Source: Utricularia gibba
Lineage: Eukaryota; Plantae; Magnoliophyta
Length of the DNA stretch: 64,000 bases
Direction of reading: 5' to 3'
Assembly (NCBI GenBank): GCA_002189035.1
Contig: CM007989.1
Coordinates: 4,278,001-4,342,000, forward strand
The notes under the pieces were generated by a model. It was not told where the DNA came from and did no database searches. It saw nothing but the letters and a program-made list of their open reading frames with translations. Of the stretch, positions 38,707-50,587 are shown piece after piece. The stretch's first letter is position 1. Every line of letters starts with the position of its first letter. A program made the translations under genes and the position numbers.

Positions 38707-41700
38707 GTCAGGGGCCTTGACCAGTGTCAGTCTTCTGCTCATAATTGTTCCAAGTCGCATGCAAGATACGAAAAGTCAGAGTCTGACCTTCTGCAAACTC
38801 CATGACTACTTCCTGACATATCTCGATCAAAGGGCATGATAAAAGACAAAGAAAATATATACAAAATAGGAAAATAGGATTTTTTTAGGAAAATCAATTA
38901 CTTATCAATATAATTCCTAAATGGAAACTTAACACTAGATTAACACATAATAATGCTTAATAATAAACTAGAAAATAACACTTAACATATTCCCCCACAC
39001 TTAAATCATGCTTGTCCTTAAGTATGAAAATCATAGCAATCCACGAAAAAGGACAGAACCTAAGTCATGATGTATTACTAAAGCATATTCTTCCTACAGC
39101 AAGTATTTACTCCAATTCTTTTCTTATCCTTCAATCAAATTAAGGCAGGCCACTCAAGTTCGCATACATCAGGTAAAGACTTAACCAATAACTACTTATA
39201 ACTAGCATCATCAAGTTAAAAACAAGTGGAAGATTATAAAACTACAAAAGATCTTTGAGATGCTTTGAAAGCTATCTGTTTGACTAAGTCACTCTCCAAA
39301 AAATTGAGTCTCAAAAAGAAACTATATTCTCACAAATTAGTTGAGGGAGGCTATCTTGAAACTCACTCAAGGTCTTTAAGGAACTTGTTGCTGATTTGAA
39401 TGCAATGGGAGCTAAATATGAAGAAGAGGATCTGAGTATCTTACTGTTATGCTCACTCTCTACTTCATATGAGCACTTTGGAGACACTATTGTGCACAAG
39501 GACCACCTATACATTGAAAGAGGTGTATGAGAAGCTCTAATCCATAGAGACATCTGAGAAGCTCTATTACTACAGCATCAGACACACATGATGAGAGTCT
39601 GCTGGTTCGTGGGAGGACATCTGAGAAACAAAATGCTGATGAGAAAAAGACAGCTCGATCAAAGTTCAGACACAGGAATAAAATATGCAACTTCTGCAAG
39701 AAAAAGGGCCATATAAAAAAGGATTGTCATAAATGGCAGAACTCACAAAAGAAAGAAGAAGAAAAGAAAAAGGATGAGAAGAAAGTTTGGAAACCTGTCA
39801 ATGGTGAAGCTAGCTATGTAGTCAGAGACAATGACAGTGGCCTGTTAATACTTGAAGCGGAACAGGAGGCTGGTGTATTATCTATGACACAGAAGTAAGA
39901 GCGGTTTAAAGACTGATGGTTCATGGATAGTGCATGTACATTCCATGTTTGTCTGAAAAAGGATTGGTTCACCACTTATGACCCTCATATTGAAGATTCA
40001 GTGTTTATGGGAGATAATTCTGCAAAAGAAGTAGTTGGTATTGGAACCATTTGGATAAAGATGCATGATGGAGTAACTCGAACACTCATGGGTGTTAGAC
40101 ATATTCCTGAGATAAAAAAAAATCTTATCTCCTTGTGCAGCTTAGAGGAGAAAGGCTTCACTTTCACTGGTAGTAATGGTGTACTTAAAGTGAGCAATGG
40201 CTCACCTATTGCAATGAAAGGAGTATAGGGGCCTTCTAAATTATACATCTTGCAAGGCATTACTCAAGCAAGTGAAATAAATATAGTGACAAGTAGTACA
40301 TCAAGCGACGCAAGAAATGCTTTACTCTGGCACTTGAGACTTGATCATATGAGTGAATAAGGGCTGAAGACCTTAAGCGAATGTGGTTTGCTCAATGGAC
40401 AGAATATTAGTAATCTAGAATTTTGTGAGTCATGCATCATGGGAAAGAGAAAAAGAGTCAGATTTAAGAAGGGAATACACAACATATCAAGTCCACTCGC
40501 CTATGTCCACTCGGACTTGTGGGGTCCTACTTCTACTCCCTCATCTTCGGGAGCAACTTTCTTCATGAGCATAATAGACACCTACTCAAGGAAGGTGTGG
40601 ATTTTCTTCTTAAGACATAAATAAGATGCTTTACAAACCTTTAAGGACTGGAAGAACATGATCGAAAAACAAACCGACCTGCAAGTAAAGAAGCTTTGGA
40701 CAGACAACAGTCAAGAGTTTTGCTCCTCTAAATTTGAGCAATATTGCAAGAAAGAAGGGATCCTTAGAGACAAGACGAACCGACATACGCCATAGCAGAA
40801 CGAAGTAGCAGAGAGGATGAATAGAATAGTTATGGAGAAAGTAAGGTGCGTGCTCTTTATTGCAAAATTTTGGACAGAAGCTAGAAACTATGAGAACATT
40901 AAAATATTTAGCTCCCTAGCTTATGCTCTTGTTGACAATGGCAAAGTCAAGCCACATGCCCTCAAGTGTGTATTCATTGGCTTCAAACCAGAAGTGAAAA
41001 GATACAAGTTGTGGTGTCCTACATTACATAGAGTCATAACTAGCAGCGATGTAATATTTAATGAAGAAAATATGATGATAGAAAAATTCAAGACGACTTA
41101 TGAAGAATCAAGCAACCTGAATTTTGAGAGTCAATCGCATAATAAAGTTGAGTTGACTGCTGATAGCAATCAACAACAGCTAGAAACCAGTCAACAATCA
41201 TCTTCAAGTGTTCAAGAAACAAATCAATCCACCATAGGTTAGAATCCATTGCAACTGGTAGACCAAGAAGAACAATACATCCGCCAAGTCGCAATGCTGA
41301 GGCAGACTGTTTGGCTTTTGCATTCAGTGCAGCTGATGCAACATAGCATAATGATAAACCAAGCAGCTTTCAGGCTGCTATAAAATGCAAGGATGCTAAT
41401 AAGTGGTGGACTGCAATGGAAGATGAGATTGACTCAATGAAAAAAAATAATACATGGACTTTGATGATGCTACCAGAGGGCAAAAAGGCCATAAAAAATA
41501 AATGGATTTACAGAGTTAAGCCTAGAATCCCTGGAATCAAAGATGTGAGATTCAAGGCACGCGTCATTGCCAAAGGATTCAATCAGATACCAGGGATAGA
41601 TTTCAGTGATGTCTATGCGCCGATGGTTAAACTCACTACGATTCAATGTGTTTTAAGTATAGTTGCGGTGATGGATCTCGAACTGCATCAAATGAACGTT

Positions 41701-44097
41701 AAGAAAGCCTTCTTTAATAGCAACCTTGATGAAGATATTTATATGGAACAGCCAGATGGCTTCATTGCCAAGGGGAAGGAACACATGGTGTGCATGTTAA
41801 ACCGAGCTCTATATGGTTTAAAGCAGTCTCCCCGATAGTGGTATAAAAGGTTTGCTATGTTCATGTTAAATCTTGGTTTCCAAAGAAGTGAGTATGACTT
41901 CTATCTATTTATTAAGGGCAACGTAAAGACTGTCTTCATTTTTCTAATGATTTACGTTGATGATATGCTCATAGTGTCAAATGATCTGAAATTGATTCAA
42001 AATCTAAAACAGCAACTAGCCAGTGAATTTGAAATGAAAGATCTGGGGGAAGCAAACAGAATGTTGGGAATAGATATATGTAGAGACAGGGTGAAGAAGA
42101 CTCTTCACCTCAATCAAGCAGCATATATCCAAAAGCTACTCGACGGGTTCAATATGAACAACAAAAAACCATTCATGATACCCCTAGCACAACATTTCAA
42201 ACTGACTATGGAGCAAACACCAAAAACTGATGAAGAGAGAAGACTGATGGAAGGTATACCTTAATCGAATGTTATGGGATCACTCATGTACTGTACGGTG
42301 TGCACCAAGCCAAAACTGTCTTATACAGTGAGTGTGATCAGTAGATTTATGGCTAACCCGGGAAAAACTCATTAGCAGGCTGTTAAATGAGTGCTACGTT
42401 ATCTAAGTGGAACTAGATTTCTTGGACTCAATTTTGGCTCTAAGACTTTAGAGGTGATTGGATTTTGTGATGCAGATTTTACAAGTGATATTGATCGCAG
42501 GAGATCCCTCACAGGTTATTTGTTTACATCAGCTGAAAGTGCCATTTCTTGGAAGGCGATGCAATAGCCAACAATCGCACTCTCAACCACTAAAGCTGAG
42601 TTTATGTCTTTAATCGAAGCTCTCAAGGAAGCCACGTGGCTGAAAGGTTTATTCACAAAAATTGGTTTATCAGAAGCAGTTACAAAAATAAGGTGTGATA
42701 GCCAGAGTGCCATTTTCTTGGCAAAAGAACCTTTCTTTCATAACAGAGTAAAGCATATCGACGTTTGTTACCACTTCATCAGAGAAATAGTGGAAAGCGG
42801 ATTTGTTATAGTGGAAAAGGTATCGTCTAAAAAAAATGTGACTGATAGTTTGATCAAGTCGTTGAGGTGTACTAGGTTCACAACTTTAATGAACCTAGTT
42901 GAATTGTGCAGGAAATAATGCATGGCAAGAACATGGAATGTGATCACTAAAGGAGAATACCCTTGAGAGCGAAGATGTTTTGACAACGGGATGAACTCCA
43001 GTCACAAGGAGAAGTTTGTTAATTATGACATGTGTTCTCATGTCTTATGGTTGAGCCAGTTACATCTATCTCTTGGGCTTAGGTAGAGATAGCCACCAGG
43101 CAGCCCAGTTGCGCATAGGGATGCACCTCAGTAAAGTCTAAACAGTAGGACTCTTATAGTAGGCAGTTGATGGTGTTGGACGGTGATGTTGAAACTGAGA
43201 AAAATCAGAAGCACCAGGGACCTGAGGCAGAACAGCGTGAGCCGAAGGGAAACGATGCGAGGGAGGAAAACTGTCGCAGAAAGCCCCTCACCAGAAATCA
43301 GAGGGAAAATACAGATACTGGACTTATTGTTATGGGCCCAATAAACAGTATACCAGATCACATATGGAAGCAGAAGTTCGTTGAGCCCTGCAATGTCCCA
43401 AGCCCAATCCAGTAGAGAGCATCCTCTCCCAGGAGATGACCGTTCTGCTGAAGGAGAACTGAAACAGAAATTCTCAAAGGATAAGATATCGCGAATCACA
43501 CAGCCTAACGGCTATTTTTCTGCTCTATAAATATGGCTTCGTTGTAAAGGAAAAATATGCTATTTTGTAGCTGAAAAACCTCAATACAATATCCAAAAAT
43601 CTCCAACAACAACATCCATTCCCAAACAGCAACATCAGCAAAAATATCCTGTCAACCTTCATTACCACATTGGAAATCATCTATTCTACCACTGACCCCA
43701 TTCAGACTTCCAATAGATGGAAGAAAGCAAGACGAAAAGGCAGAAGCCTTATCCCCTATATATATGCATACGTGTTCATCTTCTTCGCAGGGCTGAGCTA
43801 GCAGAAAAACTGTAACCTCATCGTTGATTTCCTCTAGTAAACAACGTTCCATTGCCCGCGGTTTTTCCCTTTGGGTTTCCACATAAATTCTATGTTGTTT
43901 TTACTTTCTTGCTCAAAACACACAAAACAGATTAAGAAACAGGAATGCAAACTAACGGTCAGTTTATAACACTTTCCAAATCGGAAATCAAAGGCGTTTG
44001 TCCAAACACGTGGCCGCACTTTCATCGCAATTATGACTCGTCTCATTTCATCGGGCGGTGCTACTAGCTTTGGCTTCTGCCTTGAGGAACAAGACAG

Positions 44098-44462
44098 CTA
44101 TGTTTTCAACCCAGAATTTTTCCATCACCCGGAAATCTTCTGGGTTCGGGTCAGCCTGGCTCAAACCGGTCAAACCCGATCAAATCCAGTCAAACACAAT
44201 CTACACAGTACAATAAGTAGTTTGGAATAGAAATGGAATGTTTAAGAAATTCATATTTGTTAAAATTATAGCTATTTCAAGAACCCATAGAACATGATTA
44301 TTTGATGTAATGAAGAGAGAAGAGAGGTAATTGAAAATTTGAAAGGAAAATAGATAATTAAATTTGAAGGATATCTAGTTTAGGGTTAACCGCCCCAGAA
44401 ATCTTCCGGGTGCGGGTAACCCGGGTCAACCTGGCCGATTCCCGGCTGTGTTGAAAACATAG
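44098..44462. mobile_element. 365-bp non-autonomous hAT-type MITE
   Basis: TIR CTATGTTTTCAAC(C/A)CAG and perfect 8-bp TSD CAAGACAG (44090-44097/44463-44470). The empty site, with a single CAAGACAG, is present in the paralogous copy at ~935-942. Confidence 0.92.
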
Positions 44463-45568
44463 CAAGACAGTGCTCAACATTCAACCCTAGCAATGGCTTG
44501 CGACCCACGAACCCGATTCAAAACTGGTTGTCAAACTTGAGACATCGTTGGCTCTCATCGACCCAGGCCTTGTCAAAAATACGAGAACAAGACCTGAAAG
44601 CCGTTATGTGACCCATTTGGTGATGCATCCACCAATTTGTACCACATGCAATTTGCATAAATTCATTTCTAATGTGTTTGATAGGTTATATTAAGTAGAA
44701 AATATAAATGAATATATAAAAAGTTTGGGGCTAGAATTGGAATTTGGCATCTATTCTAGGATATACCAATCTCATTTTCCTTATAATTCATTTTACATTA
44801 AAGATAATGAATAAATAATTATATTTTCATTTGATGTAATGTTCCGCATCCATACATTCTTAATCCATTTATGTATACCAATCAAAAAATTTCCCAAATA
44901 TATATTTAAATCTCAAAATCAAGCATATTAATTCATAGAAAAGAAATTAAATTAATATAACGGGCCGGGATGATTATTGGGCCGGGATCATGGGCTTGAA
45001 TTAGTGAGCAAACAGCCCAAAATGCGTCTAGGCATTCATTATACCCAATGAACACATTTGTTTATTGCCAACCAAAATTAGGATGCTACAACTTGAAGAT
45101 GTGTGACTTTAAATTTTAATTTGGATTTAACGTATGATTTTTTTAAGTTAGTATTAAATTAATATTTTTAATGCGAAAAACATTAATTAATTATAAAACA
45201 GAAAATGATGTCGTGAATTTAAATATGATTTTTCCCACTTGGTTTATCTTTATGGGTATGTCTGCTTTGGGAAAATTGCGACAAATGTTTTAATACGAAT
45301 ATTAGATTGGAAATAGATATATTTTAATGAAAAGTGTTCTAAAAATATGTTTTTTTGGTAAATTGAAATTAGGATAGGAAATATGTTGAATTCGACTATT
45401 GTTTTTTTAAAAAGAAATGATTATACCCTTTTTCAGAAAATATTGCAAACATCTATGTCTGATTTATTCAAATAACATGGATGGAAATTTACACGAGCAT
45501 ACCACGCATTCGAAACATGGATAAATTATTAAGCACAACTTGTGATGGAGACTGCTGTTCCGTACACT

Positions 45569-45962
45569 CTAGGGATCGACATCACGGCTCCCAAATCCGC
45601 CGCCGCGCCCATCTTCCCTGAGGATCTCAGTAGCGGCGGCAACAAGGGGGCCATGCCCACCACCATGCCCGCCGTGTCCGTACTTACCGTGTCCGTACCC
45701 GTACCTCCGCTCCGGCCCGCTGCCCTTTCCAAGGATGGCTAGCAAACCACAAAACCCAATCGTGAGTACTGAATTTTAGAGGAGCGGAGGCGCCACCCCG
45801 ATTACAACAACACTAATCTGAAACAGAGACATCACAGAAGTGCTTACACGCATCAGCCTCGCCGAGGAGTCCTCTGCCGGCAGCCATTTGTGAAGAAAAG
45901 AGAACCAGAGCAGCCAAGACGACGCCACGGAAGAGAAGCAGTAGTTTGGAGGAAGAACCCAT
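45569..45962 (-). CDS. Small secreted Gly/His-rich protein GRP-3 (94 aa), not in the ORF track; exons 45848-45962 and 45569-45738
   Basis: MGSSSKLLLLFRGVVLAALVLFSSQMAAGRGLLGEADA|SILGKGSGPERRYGYGHGKYGHGGHGGGHGPLVAAATEILREDGRGGGFGSRDVDP*. The 109-bp phase-1 intron (GTAAG...GCTAG) is at the same position as in GRP-1/2, and the 3' UTR shares the GGAAC..CAGTCTCC motif. Confidence 0.8.
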
Positions 45963-46829
45963 CCCGGGATTGGGATTGCCTGCCAGTCAATGGTTGCGGC
46001 TACGATTTTTATCCACGGAAAATCTGTCGTGGGGTGTGTGGCGGCTGGTCGTCGTCTCTTGTCCTTATCGGAATCATGACAATTACGTTTCGCCAAACCA
46101 AATAATTGCCGGATGTTGTCGGAATCGTGGATATACGAAACTTGGTCAAGCTTTGCGACTCGTCTTCTTTCTTTCTATTTATTTGCACGGTTATGATAAG
46201 TCCATACCACTGGAAACTTCAACAGGCATATTCCTATTTAAATATATTTGCACGGTTAGTATACTTAAATATATTGTAATTTGACATGTATATATTTAAT
46301 TATAAAGTATATAACAAATTACGTATTTGTTATACAAGAATAGAATGATGAGATGTAACAGTAAAAAAAGGTTTGATATATAAAAATAGAAATAGGAATA
46401 ATTTTTTAAATAGATATAAATAAAAAAATACATCTTGATATAGATATAATTAATCTGTCTCCTATTTGTTTATATCATACACAAAGTTAAAAAATGAGTA
46501 TGTGATTAGTATATTCATACAAAATTGACATATATATATACTATAATAAGTATGTAGGTGGTATAGTCATACAAGCTAGTTAATCAAATAATGATTTATA
46601 TATACTATTTTTAAACAACACTGCGGAAACCCTCCATTTGAGCTACTAAGTGAGTGTGTAAATTGCTGTAGAAACCAAATAGTGTGGTTGTAAGAGGAGC
46701 ATGAGTGAAACACGCGGGAGAATAGAGCAGTCTCATTATTGCCATTCGAGATTTATTTTACATTACCACATAGTACATCACAGTTTACAGACAATGGCAT
46801 CGGGGAGACTGGAGAGCGTTCCTCGTAAT

Positions 46830-47502
46830 CTAGGGCTTGGTTTGAGCTTCAGTGTCCCTCGGTCCGTGCCCTCCATGCCCACCGTGTCCGTACCAGGGTC
46901 TACGCCAGTAGTGATCCTCAACAGCATCTCCGGCATCTTCTTGAGCTCCATGTCCTCCACCCCACCCATGGTCGCGCCGGTGCTGGTATCTGGTGTAGTA
47001 ATTCTCAGCAGCATCTCCGGCATCTTCTTGAGCTCCATCTGCTACACGCCACCCACTGCCAGGGCGCCGCCGGTGGTATCCACCGGTGTAGTAATTCTCA
47101 ACAGTATCTCCGGCATCTTCTTGAGGTCCGTGTCCTCCATGGCCACCGTGCCCGCGCCAGTATCCACGGCGGTAGTAATCCTCAACAGCATCTCCGGCGT
47201 CTTCAGCATCTTCGTGAGGCCCGTGTCCTCCATGGCCACCGTGTCCGTACCGGGGTCTACGCCAGTAGAGATCCTCACCCACGCCTTGTGTGGCAGCTAG
47301 TAAAAGCACCCCACAGAAAATAAATATACATTCCAGACGATGAGTTTAAGCACAAACTAGTTTCTCAGCAAGGAGGAAGCACAAGCATCCACTTACATGC
47401 ATCGTCGCTCTTCTCAGCAAGATCTCTCGCAGCCACCTGCGAAGAAAGGAGAACCAGCGCAGCTAAGAAGAAACCGCACAAGAGAAGTGACTTAGAAGCC
47501 AT
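46830..47502 (-). CDS. Secreted Gly/His-rich repeat protein GRP-2 (190 aa); exons 47397-47502 and 46830-47296
   Basis: Exon 1 is identical to GRP-1, with a 100-bp phase-1 intron. Exon 2 has five different cores separated by G[PA][QH]EDAGD[AT][VA]E[DN]-type spacers and the same C-terminus DTEAQTKP. Confidence 0.9.
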
Positions 47503-47536
47503 TTTGGGGATGAAGATGGAGGAGAAACCCCTCACC

Positions 47537-47544
47537 TATTTATA
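47537..47544 (-). promoter_or_regulatory. TATA box of GRP-2
   Basis: TATAAATA on the minus strand, 35 nt upstream of the ATG at 47502. Confidence 0.7.
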
Positions 47545-50500
47545 GGAGAACAACAGGGCATAAGTGTTGTTAATAGGGTATATTATTTAAACGTTGTTTT
47601 TAAATACAAAATGTGTATTTTAAAATTATTTGATATCTGAGTTTAAAATAAGTGGATTTAAATTTTATTTGAACAATTTTTTATTCTAAATAAGTACTAC
47701 AAAATTACTTTTATTATTAAATATGATTGAATTTTATTTTAGAAAAAAAATAAATATTTAAAATATTTTGTAATGATACATTATTGACCACTTTTTAAAT
47801 CACTGTACCAAATTTTGTTATTTTTAATTTTATAAGAATTAAAAAGTGATTTTGATAACATATAAAATATGGATATGTATTGAATTTCTATTTTTTTCTT
47901 GAAATACAAATAACTTCTCTTTTAAACAAATTTTTTTCATTCAAACAGTATTGATTATTACATATAAATATTGGCTTGTTTGACATTTGGTATCAAATCT
48001 TCATAATAATTTGGTTTGAAATTTTGAGAATGCGTTTTCACATCATTTCGAATGTTACAAATCGGAGATTCATGAATTGTAGTCATCATAGGAAACATAT
48101 CTCATCTAGACCTTACTATAAATTATATCTAATGAGATGTTTGATAGATGTGTTTAGATTTTTAAACACATGCGTATTGATAATAATGAATACTTAATAA
48201 TAATGATTTTTAATGTATGAATATTTCGTAAAACAATTGTAAAGTATTCCAAACTAAGTATTTCGAAATTCAACTTCTATATTAGTTCTGTTAATCAAAC
48301 CAAGTTTAATAAGAAGTGATAAATTGTCTTTTATTATCAATGTTTATAAACTATATATTATAAACACACATACTAAGCTTAATAAAATTTTGGCTACATA
48401 TGTACAAAGCCTATGTATTAACAATATATAGTTATCTAAATATAAATAATTAAAATCCATTATTAGTTAAATTATAGTACGAACACCCCGTTACTACAAT
48501 TCCAATTGGTGATATCTTTTATGTTCATTGCACCTGGACGCTATCTAAGGTATTGCTTCTCATGATTGTCGTCCGATTTCCTACGGTTCATCGCACCTGG
48601 ACGATTTCAGGAATCAACAAGCGTCCTATTTATAACCGCATTCGGTATATAATTTTATCTGCATTTTTTTTCACAAAAGTAATATGTTTATCCATTTTTA
48701 TGACATAATTTTTTTTTAAGAATATACTTATTGAATGATCTAGTAAGACTGTTTTGTCGTGTATTGCATTAGATAAGAATGTCATTTTCACTCAAATCAT
48801 ATCATTTCGAGCTTGAAACAACTTATAATTTTAGCTTGTAATTAATTTTATTATCAAATATGATCGATTTTTATTATTAAAATGCTTATTATTTTTTAAA
48901 AACTATAAACCTATTTTCATCCATAATTAACTTAATTGAATCAATACAAGAATAAGAGAATACTCATAAAAAAGAAAATACAATGGCATGAAAATCTTTT
49001 ACTTTGAAGCAGTAAAAGATGAAATAAAACGGTATTAACATAATAATATATTATCAATTTATAATGGAATATGAATGCAATCTATAATATAAGTACTTAC
49101 TATAACTTTAATTTTGCATTCTAGGGTGGAGTGATGGAACATACTGTAGATCAAAAGGGGCTCAGCCCCCCCCCTAATAATTAATAGTTAATTAAAAAAA
49201 CAGATATACTTTTTAAAAAAATCATTAATAGTTGATTTATAGCGATTGGATTAAATTGGAATCACTTTAAAATAAAAATAAATGAATATGATTTAATTAC
49301 GATTTGATATTTTTAGTTTAAAAAATTACTTTTTTTTACTTTTATTTATTGATTTATTTATTTCGGTTGAATTTAGGATAACTATGCATGCATTAGTCAA
49401 AGAAGGCTGCCTCCAGAGGATTGAAAGGGGCAGCTGAACCACTCACCGTCCGAATGCATGTTGTTTTTTTAAAATTCAAGTAATAAATTCCAATTCAGGA
49501 ATCGTTACTGTCTGTCTGATTGATAAGTCGAAAGGGAATATAAATAAATAAATAATGATGTATTCTATTTCTGATTAAATCAAAAGCTCAAGAGGTTCAA
49601 ACCGTCCATTTTTCTAAACCTTTAAATAATTTTTATAAATTTTCTAGAATGGTTTTAAATAATTTCTATAAGAACATATTGTAAATTAAATATATTTTTT
49701 TAAAAAATAAAAGTAAATAGTGAGTTGAGTTGATTCGATTTAAATGTGGATGCTATATTTTTAGACAATATTATCCTTTAATTTAAAACTCAATTACTTT
49801 TATGCCCTTTAAATTTTTTAATTATAATTAAAAAGTAAAATTAGTATTTTCTTTTTTTCATCAATTTTCCTTAATTTAATGAAATATAATAGTCAACAAT
49901 CTACAAAGAAAGACCAAGAAAGTTGATGGTTGCTCTAGCTGTCAAGAGAGAAGTCCAAATGAGTAAATCTTGGTCCTAGGGTTTTGAAAAAGGAAAAAAA
50001 CATATATTTTTTAAGTTTAGATTAAAATAGTCTTTTTTAAATGATACAATTTTAAAACCATACAAGTAATTTACTAAATAAAATACATATAAAAATGAAA
50101 CATAATATTTAAATTCAGTAAAATACTATATTTAGCTATGTTAACTAATAAATAAGATAGATGAATATGTAATTATTAAAATAATATTTAATTAAAATAA
50201 TGTATTGTAATTAAATAAAAAAACATTTATTAAATCAGATTTTTTTTTTGCTTAAAGTAAATTCTAAATAAAAACGCACTTTATTAAAATGAAAACTCTT
50301 ATTAAAACCTATTAACGGGAATAGCAATAACACCGCAATGCACGGACACATGGGTGTAAAAATGTTAACTTGACCTGAAAAATGGACAGAAGTAAATCAG
50401 CCTGCACTGCATTGATAATAATATTAGTAGTAGGAGGAGATCAAAATAATAGATACTTGACGACCGCCGTTGTTGTCCGGCCACCGGAAACCAACGGTGG

Positions 50501-50587
50501 TCTGCAGAGGCGGGGAACTGTTTCCCATTTGAAAAATGAAGCACATTTACATAAGCAGCACAGCACAGCACACCAGGAGCTGCCAGA

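Larger units (their letters stand above)
33077..39200 (-). mobile_element. Truncated Gypsy related to family D: 3' LTR (33077-34034 + 38707-~38989), PPT ~38991-39004, short internal tail; inserted in the gag of element E
   Basis: LTR termini resemble family D (TGTTAAGTGTTATTTTCT start; ...GGAAACGACACACAACA end). Minus-strand PPT AAGTGTGGGGGAAT abuts the LTR. Confidence 0.65.
32643..43971 (+). mobile_element. Degenerate Ty1/Copia element E (Tnt1-like): partial 5' LTR 32643-32847, PBS 32850-32861, gag start 33058, gag-pol ~39210-42918, 3' LTR 43017-43971
   Basis: LTR 3' ends match (…AGTTTATAACA). PBS TGGTATCGAAGC (tRNAiMet type) and PPT before 43017. Motifs: CNFCKKKGHIKKDC, WFMDSACTFH, YVHSDLWGP, IYVDDML, NRVKHIDVCYHFIRE. 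Confidence 0.85.

Noticed and set aside
43128-43882. ORFs of 76-123 aa near 43.1-43.9 kb
   Set aside because: Within the 3' LTR of element E; no recognisable domains.
45529-46284. ORF-track entries 45529-45732, 45542-45742, 45776-46096, 45890-46105, 45946-46284
   Set aside because: Off-frame or antisense to the spliced GRP-3 gene.
46701-47300. 199-aa plus-strand ORF and the alternative minus frames (46778-47038, 47042-47278)
   Set aside because: Antisense or off-frame shadows of the GC-rich GRP-2 repeat exon; only the GRP frame joins the signal-peptide exon through a valid intron.
2078-47502. Assignment of GRP-1/2 as burpitide (BURP-cyclised) precursors
   Set aside because: No BURP-domain gene is visible in the window, and the cores are long, Gly/His-rich and lack a C-terminal Tyr/Trp; kept only as a remote possibility.
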